A stretch of DNA of 64,000 bases from Myxococcales bacterium (GCA_047601445.1 JASGJH010000001.1:1120001-1184000), one strand, 5' to 3'; counted from the first letter of the stretch, positions 19,633 through 29,247 are shown. Notes: a model not told the origin generated them from the sequence alone. Numbers and translations are program-made.

Positions 19633-20523
19633 ATGTTCGAGTGGAGTGACCTCAAGTACTTCCTCGCGGTGGCGCGCGAGGGCAGCACGCTCGCGGCCGC
19701 CAAGTTGCTCGGCGTGAACCAATCGACCGTGCAGCGCCGCCTCGGGGCTTTGGAGGCTGCGCTCGGCAAGCCGCTCGCCGTTCGTCATCCCACGGGCTAC
19801 CGGTTGACGGAATTCGGCGCACGCTTCTTGCCCTATGCGGTGTCGGTCGAAGACGCCGTCCTCGCAGCGCACATCGCAGCGCGAGCGTTCGACGCGCGTC
19901 CCTCGGGCATCATTCGCTTCACCTGCCCTGAGCCGGTGCTCGGGCGACTCGCCGCCACGGGGGTATTCGAGCGCTTCCGCGCGTTGCACCCGGGATTGAC
20001 GCTCGACCTGCAGACGGCCGACCGCTACCTCGATCTATGGCGCGGCGAGGCCGACGTGGCGCTGCGCTCGGGGGATCCGGGAGACGCGAGACTCGTCGGC
20101 CGCAGGGTGGCGGACTCCTACTGGGCCGTCTACGCGAGCCGCAGTTACCTCGAGCAACACGCTCGGCCCGTTGGGCTTGCTGACCTCGCGCAACACGCCT
20201 GGGTCGCCTTCGAGGGGCCCATGGAGAACCATCGCGCCAACGTCTGGCTCAAGGACGTCTTGCCACAAGCGCGCATCGTCGCGCGCAATGCCAGCGTGCT
20301 CGGCGTGCTCGCCACGGTGAAGGCGGGTGTCGGCGTCGGCGCGTTGCCGGTCGGCATCGCGAGCGCCGAGGAGTCCCTCGCTGAAATCCTCCCCGTGGTA
20401 CCCGAACTCACGCGCGGTTGGTATTTGCTCACGCGGCCCGACCTGCGGATCGAGCCTCACGTCAACGCCTTCTTCGCGTTCGTGATCGCGGAGGCGCTCG
20501 CGGTGCGCGAGGCCGTCGGATGA
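19633..20523 (+). CDS. LysR family transcriptional regulator
   Basis: FEWSDLKYFLAVAREGSTLAAAKLLGVNQSTVQRR. Confidence 0.95.
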   Translation: MFEWSDLKYFLAVAREGSTLAAAKLLGVNQSTVQRRLGALEAALGKPLAVRHPTGYRLTEFGARFLPYAVSVEDAVLAAHIAARAFDARPSGIIRFTCPEPVLGRLAATGVFERFRALHPGLTLDLQTADRYLDLWRGEADVALRSGDPGDARLVGRRVADSYWAVYASRSYLEQHARPVGLADLAQHAWVAFEGPMENHRANVWLKDVLPQARIVARNASVLGVLATVKAGVGVGALPVGIASAEESLAEILPVVPELTRGWYLLTRPDLRIEPHVNAFFAFVIAEALAVREAVG

Positions 20524-20579
20524 CCTGCTAGCGGCGTGCGCTCACGTGATGCACGCGATGAAACGGCTGCTGCGCGAAC

Positions 20580-22430
20580 CTAGGGCGCGCAGGTCTCGTT
20601 CTGCACCTGGAGCTGGGCCTGAAAGTCCGCTCCATACGAGGCCATCAAGGTCGCCGTGGTGCTCTGGCCGCAGGCCAGGCCGTTGTAGTTGGTGAGGACC
20701 TGGAACGTGCCTGACGTCTGTCCCTGCTTGATCGTCATCGTCGGAAGGACGGTGGCGTTCGGGCTGTTCGACTGGAGCTTGACTGTGATGTCCGCCCGGG
20801 CAGGACTCTGCAGGACCACGGTACCCGTCAGCGACGTTGGCTGGTTTGGCGGAGTGACATCCGGAAGGAAAGACATCCCAGTGATCGGGATCGGCAACAC
20901 CGCACCGACGTCGAGCGCATAGTCGAAGGTGTGGTTATAGGCTTGCGCAAAGGCATGTGGATGAATGCATGTGTAGAGGCCGCTGAGCTCGTCTTCGGGA
21001 CAGTACAGCTGCAGCATCTCGTGCGAGAGTGCTCCCGTCACATGCACGACGTCGTCGACGATGGCCTGGTTGCTCCAGACCACACTCGTGTGCTGCTGCA
21101 TGGTGTCCAGCGAGAGGTCATTCGGCAGCATGCCTGGGAAGCAACCGTACCCGTAGAAGTTCGACTGCTCCTCGCAATAGTAGTCCTGGGCGTCGGCGTC
21201 GAGGGGGGAGGCCGTCCGGAAGTGCCAGTTGCTCTGGTTGCCCGCGACGTCGTTCGTCTCCTTCCAGTCTTGAATATGGTTGGTCGTCGAACTGCTGTAA
21301 CCAAACTGCGCGTTCGGTCCCTCTTCGGGACTAAAGCTAATCGAGTAGTTCACGCCGGACGTAACGTCGGTGCTGCCGTTGACCGTGGCGGGCGAGGCCG
21401 CCTGCAGTGCGAAGCCAGCGGGCCCTGCGAGGGAGGTCGTGAACTTGGTCTGGAACCAGCTCAACTCGGTCCACTCACCTTCCCGCGTGTAGCCGTCGAA
21501 TCGGTACGCGGTGAAGTTGGCGTGGTCGGGGTCGACGACGTAGTTGAGCTCGGAGATGATGACCTGGAAGGGCGGCGTGTCGGCATTGGCGTAGAACACG
21601 CGCATCATGCCGCGCACCTGGATGCTCGGATATTGGTAGACCTCATAGGGAGGTTGCAGGCTGCCGTCGCTCTGCACATACCGGATGTTGGGTCCCGTCT
21701 GCTCGGGATAGGTGCGTTCGACCTGGAACTCTGCGTGCAGGAGGTCGGGCGGGATGTTCTGGTCGTCGGGGCCCGGCGCCGCGGTCCCGCCGACGTGCTC
21801 GACCATGCGCGTGACCCAGTCTCGACCGGCCTTGAGCTTGGGATTGGGCTTGCCCGTGTTCCACCACTCCGTTTGCTGCTCGTGGCACGGACCTTCCGAC
21901 TCCGTCCCCGGTAGCACGGTGCGGGTCTTCAGGCCGATCATGTGCACCCGTGGGCGACCTTTGGCGTTGAGCCCGATATGGGCAAGGAAAGCTTGGTCAT
22001 CGTCATGGGAAGAGCCCAAGAGGTACTGACCCAAACCAACCCGCTTGTGCTCGGCGGTCACGTCCAGGGCGAGCACCCACTTGCCCGCGCGCAACGCCGC
22101 GCCCGCGATGGGGTCGCGCTGTAACTGTTGCGGCGTGAAGTGATCGCCATCGACGATCACCAGGTCGACGTCTCGCAGCTGCTGCTCGAGTCCGGCACCG
22201 TGACGCTTGTAGTGCCGCACTCTCATCTGCTGGTGAATGGGGTCCAGCAGCTCGTTCTCCACGGAACCGTAGAGGAGCGCCGTGGGAAGTGAGGCCTTTC
22301 CTTTCGCCGATGCCGGGTCGGCCAGGCTGAGCGGACACGCCATGGCGACCCCGGTGGCGACCGCGCTGCTGAGGACAAACTTCGACACTCGCGGCAGCGC
22401 TCGGCGCCCCACGCTCACGGCAGGCTTCAT
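20580..22430 (-). CDS. Secreted protein, putative leukocidin/cytolysin-like beta-pore-forming toxin with C-terminal Ig-like domain
   Basis: Signal peptide. Ser/Thr/Gly-rich amphipathic hairpin SPATVNGSTDVTSGVNYSISFSPEEGPNAQFGYSSSTTNHIQDW. C-terminal GTVVL.SPA...V.L.S..P...TI..GQTSGTF.V module. Confidence 0.55.
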   Translation of the reverse strand: MKPAVSVGRRALPRVSKFVLSSAVATGVAMACPLSLADPASAKGKASLPTALLYGSVENELLDPIHQQMRVRHYKRHGAGLEQQLRDVDLVIVDGDHFTPQQLQRDPIAGAALRAGKWVLALDVTAEHKRVGLGQYLLGSSHDDDQAFLAHIGLNAKGRPRVHMIGLKTRTVLPGTESEGPCHEQQTEWWNTGKPNPKLKAGRDWVTRMVEHVGGTAAPGPDDQNIPPDLLHAEFQVERTYPEQTGPNIRYVQSDGSLQPPYEVYQYPSIQVRGMMRVFYANADTPPFQVIISELNYVVDPDHANFTAYRFDGYTREGEWTELSWFQTKFTTSLAGPAGFALQAASPATVNGSTDVTSGVNYSISFSPEEGPNAQFGYSSSTTNHIQDWKETNDVAGNQSNWHFRTASPLDADAQDYYCEEQSNFYGYGCFPGMLPNDLSLDTMQQHTSVVWSNQAIVDDVVHVTGALSHEMLQLYCPEDELSGLYTCIHPHAFAQAYNHTFDYALDVGAVLPIPITGMSFLPDVTPPNQPTSLTGTVVLQSPARADITVKLQSNSPNATVLPTMTIKQGQTSGTFQVLTNYNGLACGQSTTATLMASYGADFQAQLQVQNETCAP

Positions 22431-22629
22431 CACTCGTTCTCTTTCTGTTTCGTCTAGCGGGCTTGTCGCGCTTCGACTGCTCGCGGCCCGCTCACTGGCG
22501 ACGACGACAGAATACAAGCTAGCAGCGCTTGTCGTGCTTTGTCAGGACGATTCTACGGAACCGCGAAACGCGTCCGCATGGAAGCTTGCAGGCGCTGCCG
22601 CGTTCCCAGGCCGCGCCGGCATCTCGCCG

Positions 22630-23910
22630 TTAGCGTGGTCGGCCGCCGCGCGAGAAGTACGCCAGCGATCCCAGGCTCAGCACGCCCGCTCCAGCGAACA
22701 GCGACTGCGGGGGCAAGGCCAAAGCGAGCAACGCGCAGCCGAGCAGGCCGAGCGCGGCCAACGCCCTGGGCCAGCGCCGTTGCTCCGCTGGAAGCGTCCA
22801 GGCAGCCGCGTTCGTGACGCCGTAGTAGGTGAGCACTGCGAAGGAGCTGAATCCGATCGCCGAGCGAATGTCTGCGCTCGCGGCGACGATGGCAACGACG
22901 CCTCCGACCACCAGCTCCGCTCGATGCGGCACGTGAAAGCGAGGATGGACGGCTGCGAGCACGTGCGGGAGGTCATGGTTCGAAGCCATCGCAAAGAGGG
23001 TCCGACTGACCCCAGCGATGAGGGACAAGAGGACCCCGAGGGACGCGACCGCAGCCCCCACGCGCACGACCGGAGAGAGCTTTGCGAGCGAGCCTGCTTC
23101 GACAGCCGCCACCAGCGGCGCCGAGGTCGAGGCAAGGGTAGGGGCTTCCGCGCCGGCGAGTACGCTTACCGCCACCACAGTGTAAACGGCGAGCGCAATG
23201 CCGAGCGCCAACGGAATCGCACGGGGGATGGTCCGCGAAGGTTCGATGACCTCCTCGCCCAAAGTCGCGAGCCGCGCGTAGCCCGCGAACGCGAAGAAGA
23301 GAAAGGCAGCCGACTGAAAGATGCTCCAGGGAGTGACCTGCGAGAGCGGCCACAAGCGGCTCGGGTCCGTCGCGCCACCAGCCCAAATCCCTCCGACCAC
23401 GACCGCCAGGCAGGTGAGCACGGTGGCGACGATGATTCGCGTGACGATGGCGGTCTTGTGTATCCCACGGTAGTTCACCGCAGTGAGACCGACCACGGCG
23501 GCAGAGGCGAGCGGGCGAGCCCAGCCTGGCGCGGCGTAGCTCGCGAACGTCATCGCCATGGCCGCACAGCTGGCGAGCTTCCCGATGACAAAGCCCCAAC
23601 CCGCCAAGAACCCCCAGAATGGCCCGAGCTGCCGGCGCCCGTAGATGTATGTGCCGCCCGACTCGGGATAGACCACCGCGAGCTGCGCGGAGGACGTAGC
23701 GTTGCAATAGGCGACGAACGCCGCAACCGCGAGCCCGAGCAGGAGCCCGTTACCTGCCGCGCGCGCGGCCGGGGCGAAGGCTGCGAACACGCCGGCGCCG
23801 ATCATGGAACCCAGTCCGAGCACGACCGCGTCGAACGCCCCTAGCCGACGCGCCAACCGCGTGGGTGCGCCGGGCGCGGGCGTCGTGGTTCGATCTGGCG
23901 CGTGTGCCAT
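22630..23910 (-). CDS. APC family amino acid permease
   Basis: GSMIGAGVF, YPESGGTY and FFAFAGYA motifs; about 12 TM helices. Confidence 0.93.
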   Translation of the reverse strand: MAHAPDRTTTPAPGAPTRLARRLGAFDAVVLGLGSMIGAGVFAAFAPAARAAGNGLLLGLAVAAFVAYCNATSSAQLAVVYPESGGTYIYGRRQLGPFWGFLAGWGFVIGKLASCAAMAMTFASYAAPGWARPLASAAVVGLTAVNYRGIHKTAIVTRIIVATVLTCLAVVVGGIWAGGATDPSRLWPLSQVTPWSIFQSAAFLFFAFAGYARLATLGEEVIEPSRTIPRAIPLALGIALAVYTVVAVSVLAGAEAPTLASTSAPLVAAVEAGSLAKLSPVVRVGAAVASLGVLLSLIAGVSRTLFAMASNHDLPHVLAAVHPRFHVPHRAELVVGGVVAIVAASADIRSAIGFSSFAVLTYYGVTNAAAWTLPAEQRRWPRALAALGLLGCALLALALPPQSLFAGAGVLSLGSLAYFSRGGRPR

Positions 23911-23940
23911 GGGCGCAAGGATAGCGGCCCCTGAGGGCGG

Positions 23941-24654
23941 TCACGGCGTGAATCTCGCGAGATCATGGATGCCCAGGGCGGACTCCAGCGTCGCGATCTC
24001 GCCCAGCGTCTGCTCGAAACCGTCCTCGCCGAAGAGCGCGTGCTCCTTGTCTTCGAACTGTTCACCGAGTTCGTGGTACTCGGCGCGACCCAGGAGGTCC
24101 CGGAACGCCCTGAAAGCGACCGTGTCCTCGCGCGCCATGTGAGGTCGGTACATGCGAGCGAACGCGCGGAGCACTGGAGCCAGCTCGGGCGTCACCGACG
24201 AAGGAGCCCGTCGCAGGATCTCGTCCGTGACTTCTCGGCCGCGGCGATGTTGCTGAAGAAGGATCGCCACCAGGTCCGTCTCCCGCTGGGCTTTCTGGAG
24301 CCGTGGAAACACGAACTGCTCCTCGAGCTTCTCATGGTAGTCCTCGACGAAGCGCCGGACGATGCCCGCGGTGCTCACGAGCACGGCCGGATCCAGGGGT
24401 TCGCCCTGCTCGAGGCGGCGTGCCGATTCGTCGTAGATCAAGAGCACGCGCTCGAGAACACCGTGCTCCTGCATGAGGTCCTCTGCTGGAGTGACCTCTG
24501 CCTCATCGCCGTCGTCGTGGCCCGTGGGAGCGCTCGCCGCGTGGCTCGTCCCTTTAGGGGCGCAACCGGCTAGCACCAAGCCCGCCGAGGCCGCGGCGCC
24601 TTGCAAGAGCTCTCTGCGGCGAGTGAGCGTCGCTTGGTTTGCATCGGTGCCCAT
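23941..24654 (-). CDS. Hemerythrin (HHE) domain protein with Tat/lipoprotein signal
   Basis: RRRELL...LAGC leader. LMQEH, YHEKLEE, QQH and HMARED motifs. Confidence 0.85.
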   Translation of the reverse strand: MGTDANQATLTRRRELLQGAAASAGLVLAGCAPKGTSHAASAPTGHDDGDEAEVTPAEDLMQEHGVLERVLLIYDESARRLEQGEPLDPAVLVSTAGIVRRFVEDYHEKLEEQFVFPRLQKAQRETDLVAILLQQHRRGREVTDEILRRAPSSVTPELAPVLRAFARMYRPHMAREDTVAFRAFRDLLGRAEYHELGEQFEDKEHALFGEDGFEQTLGEIATLESALGIHDLARFTP

Positions 24655-24704
24655 GGTGGCATTCAGGTACGCACCGACGGCACCCGAGCGCATCACCCTG
24701 AAAT

Positions 24705-25664
24705 TCAGCGCGGGATTACCCAGATTTCCGTCGTGCTTCCCACGAAATCCTCATCGAGAACCTTCAAGCTGAGCTCGAAGTTCGCGGCGCCTGCCGGCAC
24801 CTGCGTCATCAGATCGATCGAAAGCGCGGGATACCCGTAGGCAGCAGGATTGGGCACGGGTGGTTCGAGCGAGGCACCGGCCACCGATGGCATCAGCACG
24901 GTAGGCACAGAGCTCCCCATGTGACTCAGCTCGAAGGCACTGTACTGCCAGCGCTTGGTGACGGGGGCCCCCGGCGCTTCTCGGTATTCCACCAAGAGGT
25001 GATCATCCCAGCCCAGAGCCTTGGCCCCATCGGCGCTGCCCGCGAGCAAGAGCTGCGCGCAGTCACCGTTGTCTGGCACCAGCCCCTCCGCGACCACGTA
25101 GACCGATCGGTTGCCTCCTGCATAGTTGGAACTTCCCGCGTACTCAGGAAGAGGACTCTTGTTGAGACTGGTCACTTGCGAGGGCACGGCCTGCACGATT
25201 CGAGACGGGGCCTTGCAGCTGGCGGGGGTGGCCATGCCGCAGTCGAGCAGATCAGCCGGCACGGAAGCTCGTGCAGTCCAGGGTGGTCTGGCGAGCTCGA
25301 TGCCTGGTTCACCCGAGTCTGTAACCGAGACGGACATTCCGCCTGACTCGCAAACCGTGTGCGTCGCCTCGGTAGCGCCATCACCCCAGCGAAACGTGTA
25401 GGGTGCCGCACCTCCGCTTGCGATGGCCGTGATCGTCGCGCACTCCCCGTCGCAACCCACTTTCTCGAACCTCACGACCAGCCCCGCCGAGGCGTCTCCG
25501 TCTCCGTTGGTGGAGGATTCCTGATTCGTCCCGTCCTCCGCATCGGTATCATCGCCGTCGCCGGCAGGCGTCTCCACGTCGCGGCCACCGCCTGCATCGC
25601 TCGCACCACAGGAGAACAGGAGAGCTGCGAGCACCACCACCGGCATCCACCTCAGGCCAACCAT
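24705..25664 (-). CDS. Lipoprotein with SprB/PKD-like module (paralog of 28283-29215)
   Basis: GGAGG RBS, LFSC lipobox, CDGEC...ASGGAAPYTFRWGDG...VSVTDSG. Confidence 0.75.
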   Translation of the reverse strand: MVGLRWMPVVVLAALLFSCGASDAGGGRDVETPAGDGDDTDAEDGTNQESSTNGDGDASAGLVVRFEKVGCDGECATITAIASGGAAPYTFRWGDGATEATHTVCESGGMSVSVTDSGEPGIELARPPWTARASVPADLLDCGMATPASCKAPSRIVQAVPSQVTSLNKSPLPEYAGSSNYAGGNRSVYVVAEGLVPDNGDCAQLLLAGSADGAKALGWDDHLLVEYREAPGAPVTKRWQYSAFELSHMGSSVPTVLMPSVAGASLEPPVPNPAAYGYPALSIDLMTQVPAGAANFELSLKVLDEDFVGSTTEIWVIPR

Positions 25665-25795
25665 GATAAGCCTCCTCCGGGCCTCGGAACGGCACGCGGA
25701 CTCGGACGCATCGCGAAGCCGTCCCAAGCCAAGCGCGGCTGGGGTGGGTTCTGAAGCGCCGTCACCTCCAATCTCTGCAACCAGCGAACCTTTCC

Positions 25796-26749
25796 TTGAG
25801 TAGCGCCCGTCGAATTCAGCTCTGGCCCCTCGTGGTGTTCTGCGGCATCGCCGTGGTCACCCTGGCCTGGCTCCCGCACGCGCGTGCGCAGGAGGCCCCT
25901 CCAGGGGCGCCTTCGCGTTCAGCATGGGCGCGCGCCCTGGCGGTGGAGCCGGGCGCGAGCTGTCTGGTGCACGCGCAGCTGGTGGATCACGTCGCGACCT
26001 GGCTCGGGGCTCGCTCACCCGGCGCCGAGCTCCATGTGGTGGTGCGGGGTGATGCCGAGCGACCGCAGCGCGTCAGTGTGCTCATGCAGCGGGGAGAGCG
26101 CAGCTACCGCCGCGACTTCGAGTCGACCCCGGAGCGGTGCGCGGATCGCCACGCGGTCATTGGACTTGCCGTCGCGATGGCCATCGATGCGGAGCTCGCA
26201 ACGGGTCTCGGCGACGCGCCGGAGCACCGAGTGTCGCCTGTCAGACGAAACCTCGAGCTCCAGGTTGGCCTGGGCTACGGCGTCTTGCCTACGCTCTCCG
26301 TCGGGCCTCAGGTCGGCACGGTGTTCGGGCTCAGTTCCTGGCTGAGCGTGCGCATGGACGCTCTCGCGCAGTTCTGGCCCCGCAACTCGCTCACGGACAG
26401 CCATGGGACCTTCGACGCCATGCTCTTCGCCGGTTCGCTCCAGCTCCTCGCCGGCGGAAGCGCGGGCACCAAGGCACACCTGAGCTTGGGCGGCGGCCTG
26501 GCCGTGGGAGCCGTGCATGCCCGAGGACGCGGCTACGCGCCGAGCCGGACGGCCACCGCCCCCTGGCTGGCCTTGCGCGTTGGGCTCCGTGCGGAGCTTC
26601 GATCCGCGCTCCCGTGGGTGCTCGAGGTCTCCGCGATTGCGCCAGTGATTTCACACGCTTTCGAGGCGGGGGCTGGCGCTGAGCGACGCCGTGAAGCCGA
26701 GAGTCCCCTGGGAGTGCTGGTCCACACTGGGCCCAGTTTCTCGTTCTAA
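25796..26749 (+). CDS. ECF-cassette secreted protein: Cys-pair N-domain plus putative beta-barrel C-domain
   Basis: Signal peptide, paired Cys (SC.../RC...), amphipathic beta-strands, terminal Phe (GPSFSF). Confidence 0.7.
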   Translation: MSSARRIQLWPLVVFCGIAVVTLAWLPHARAQEAPPGAPSRSAWARALAVEPGASCLVHAQLVDHVATWLGARSPGAELHVVVRGDAERPQRVSVLMQRGERSYRRDFESTPERCADRHAVIGLAVAMAIDAELATGLGDAPEHRVSPVRRNLELQVGLGYGVLPTLSVGPQVGTVFGLSSWLSVRMDALAQFWPRNSLTDSHGTFDAMLFAGSLQLLAGGSAGTKAHLSLGGGLAVGAVHARGRGYAPSRTATAPWLALRVGLRAELRSALPWVLEVSAIAPVISHAFEAGAGAERRREAESPLGVLVHTGPSFSF

Positions 26750-26805
26750 TGCACTTTCTTCGACGCAGGGGCGAAGGATCCCGTAGCTCGTTCCAGGAAC
26801 CTAAG

Positions 26806-27372
26806 GTGACTCAGGCATCGTCGGAGCCGAGCCCGGCCATCGACACGGAGACTCTCTTCGTTCGCTACGCGACCTTCGTCGCCACGTTTCTCTTTCGGCT
26901 CGGTGCCCGCCAGCAAGATTTGGACGACCTCGTGCAAGAGGTCTTCGTGGCCGCCCATCGCCGCGGCGGCTACCTGCCGGGTGCCGCCAGCCCCACTTCC
27001 TGGCTCGCTCGACTGGCCCTGGAAGCCCGCCTCGCAGACAGGCGAAGCCACTCCCGCTGGCAACGAACTCACCACGACGACCTCGCGCCACAGCAGTTGG
27101 TGGCTAGCAGCGCATCGACGCCCGAGTACGATCTCCAAACGCGCCAGGCGGCCCTTCGCATGCAGCAAGCCCTCGACACCATGGATCCCCGCACGCGGGC
27201 CATCTTCGTGCTCTTCGAGATCGAGGGGCAGAGCTGTGAGTCGATTGCTGCGGCGCTCGAGCTCAAGGTCGGCACCGTCTACTCGCGCTTGCACGGCGCA
27301 CGCAAGACGTTCTTCGCCTTCACGCGAGAAGCGCAGGAAGCGCCCTCACTCAGCGGGAGCAAAACGCCATGA
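26806..27372 (+). CDS. ECF RNA polymerase sigma-70 factor
   Basis: DLDDLVQEVF (region 2) and RAIFVLFEIEG.S..SIA.AL....GTVYSRLH (region 4). Alternative ATG at 26749. Confidence 0.93.
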   Translation: MTQASSEPSPAIDTETLFVRYATFVATFLFRLGARQQDLDDLVQEVFVAAHRRGGYLPGAASPTSWLARLALEARLADRRSHSRWQRTHHDDLAPQQLVASSASTPEYDLQTRQAALRMQQALDTMDPRTRAIFVLFEIEGQSCESIAAALELKVGTVYSRLHGARKTFFAFTREAQEAPSLSGSKTP

Positions 27373-28286
27373 GCCGTCCACCCACTCGGTTGATCGAGGA
27401 CGCGGGTCTCGCTCCAGAGGAGCGCGCATTGCTCGAAGCCGCGCGCATCACGGCTCCGGTTCAGTACGATGTCGGTGCCGGCGCCGTGCGCTTGTCAGCC
27501 ACGCTCCGGCATCTCGACACCGCAGCCGGTGCGGCAGGTAGCGTGCCTCAGGCCACGTCCGTGATGTCGCTTGCGAAGCTCGTGTCGGTGGTGTTGTCCG
27601 TGGCGGGCCTCGGCGCGGTCGTCTGGTTCAGCGTCACCCCACCACCGCGCTCCAGCCCCGAGCCCATGCGAGCGGCTGCAGATGAGGGGAGGACGACCGA
27701 GCCAGGTCCTTCGTTCGAGCCGACCACCGAGTCCATGGCGCCGCAGTCGGCCGAGGGCCCGACACCGCTCCATGTCGGTTCACCGACTCGGGCGCGAGAA
27801 ACCAGCCGTGCCGTGCGTGTGCGGACGCTTCCGAGAGCCTCGACGCTGCCAGATGAGAACCGGGTTGCTCCGGGATCTGCCCAATCCGCGTCTACGGCCG
27901 TGGACACGTCGAGGTCACGCAGCGCGACTCCGATGACAAGCTCGTCCGCGGAGCCCCCCGACGCCGCACTAGCTGCAGAGCACTCCATGGATCCCGGCAC
28001 GGCTGCGCCATCGCCCACCGCCAACCCGAGCGACGAGATGCTCGGCGTCGTGCGGGCGCGACAGCTGGTTCGTAGCCAGCCGCAGGCCGCCTTGACACTG
28101 CTTCGGAGTCTCGAGCGTAGCCATCCCGAGGGGTACTTCCTGGAAGAGCGCAGGGCGCTGATGGTGTTTGCCCTCGCAGCCCAGGGCGAACCGAAGCAGG
28201 CCCAGGAGCGAGCGGCCAGCTTCCTGCGAGCTTATCCCCACAGTGCGTTCGCCGACCGCGTCCGTTCAGCCACGGCGAACCGATGA
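27369..28286 (+). CDS. Putative anti-sigma factor: single TM, Pro/Ser linker, TPR-like C-terminus
   Basis: ATGA coupling to the sigma gene. One TM helix. EERRAL..FALA..GE..QA...A..FL..YPHS. Confidence 0.75.
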   Translation: MSRPPTRLIEDAGLAPEERALLEAARITAPVQYDVGAGAVRLSATLRHLDTAAGAAGSVPQATSVMSLAKLVSVVLSVAGLGAVVWFSVTPPPRSSPEPMRAAADEGRTTEPGPSFEPTTESMAPQSAEGPTPLHVGSPTRARETSRAVRVRTLPRASTLPDENRVAPGSAQSASTAVDTSRSRSATPMTSSSAEPPDAALAAEHSMDPGTAAPSPTANPSDEMLGVVRARQLVRSQPQAALTLLRSLERSHPEGYFLEERRALMVFALAAQGEPKQAQERAASFLRAYPHSAFADRVRSATANR

Positions 28287-29215
28287 CCCGAGGTCGCCTC
28301 GTCCTGCGCGCCGTCATCCTGCTGCTGGTCGCGGGCTGCTCGGCCGGTCCCTTCATCCTCAACGTCGGCGAAGAACCCCAGGAGGCGCCAGCGCCGACGC
28401 ACGAACCGCCGATGCAGGACGGCGGTAGCGCCGAGGCGCTGGAGATCCACCTCGAAGACCGACAGGGACGCGAGATCGAAGCTGAGAGCTCGCGCTGCGC
28501 AGGGGACTGCGTCGACGTCCAAGCCATTCCTGAGGGCGGCTACCCACCCTATACCTTCCGCTGGGAAGATGGTTCGACCAGCGCCAAGCGTCGCATCTGC
28601 CCCGGTGCGTCGGCCGCGTATCAGGTGGCCGTCACGGATCATGGCGTCGACGCCCCCGAGCTCGACAGCGCTCCGCAGACCGTTCGCGCGGCCTTCTCCG
28701 TGGAGGTTCGTTCATGCACCCAGGAGGTCTCCGACGCGGGTCCGTCAGCCTGCGCAATAACTCTAGCCGGCCAGAGTACAGCGAACGACCTTGCGACAGT
28801 CGACCCGGAGGGGGGCACCGTGAGCTACTTTCGCGGGGGCGCCACGCTGCCGGCGGGCAAATATCGCGTCGAGTATGTCGACGGCTGCATGAGATGGGGC
28901 CCCGACGTACTGGGCTTCGGATGGACCATTCACGCCAACGCGAATCACGGCGAGCCCGGTGGCGTTTGTCAGCTCGTCGGCGCCACCCACGACGACGTCA
29001 TCGCGACTCTGCCCGGAGTCAACCAGAGCCCCGGCTATGCCACCTACGACGCATGCGTCGCCGCCAATCGAGGCATCGCGCCGCTGGAGTTCGACTTCGC
29101 CGGAGGCAAGCTCGGCGCATGGGTCTACGATGTGAATCCAGCAGGCAACCTCGGGGGCGAAGGCCAAGGCGCGTGCGGCGTGAGCCCCACGTGGCGACTC
29201 ATCGCGCTGGAGTAG
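28283..29215 (+). CDS. Lipoprotein with SprB/PKD-like module
   Basis: VAGC lipobox, CAGDC...EGGYPPYTFRWEDG...VAVTDHG. Confidence 0.78.
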   Translation: MTRGRLVLRAVILLLVAGCSAGPFILNVGEEPQEAPAPTHEPPMQDGGSAEALEIHLEDRQGREIEAESSRCAGDCVDVQAIPEGGYPPYTFRWEDGSTSAKRRICPGASAAYQVAVTDHGVDAPELDSAPQTVRAAFSVEVRSCTQEVSDAGPSACAITLAGQSTANDLATVDPEGGTVSYFRGGATLPAGKYRVEYVDGCMRWGPDVLGFGWTIHANANHGEPGGVCQLVGATHDDVIATLPGVNQSPGYATYDACVAANRGIAPLEFDFAGGKLGAWVYDVNPAGNLGGEGQGACGVSPTWRLIALE

Positions 29216-29247
29216 GGGCTCGGTTCGGCGCGAGCAGGGTTCGCCCC

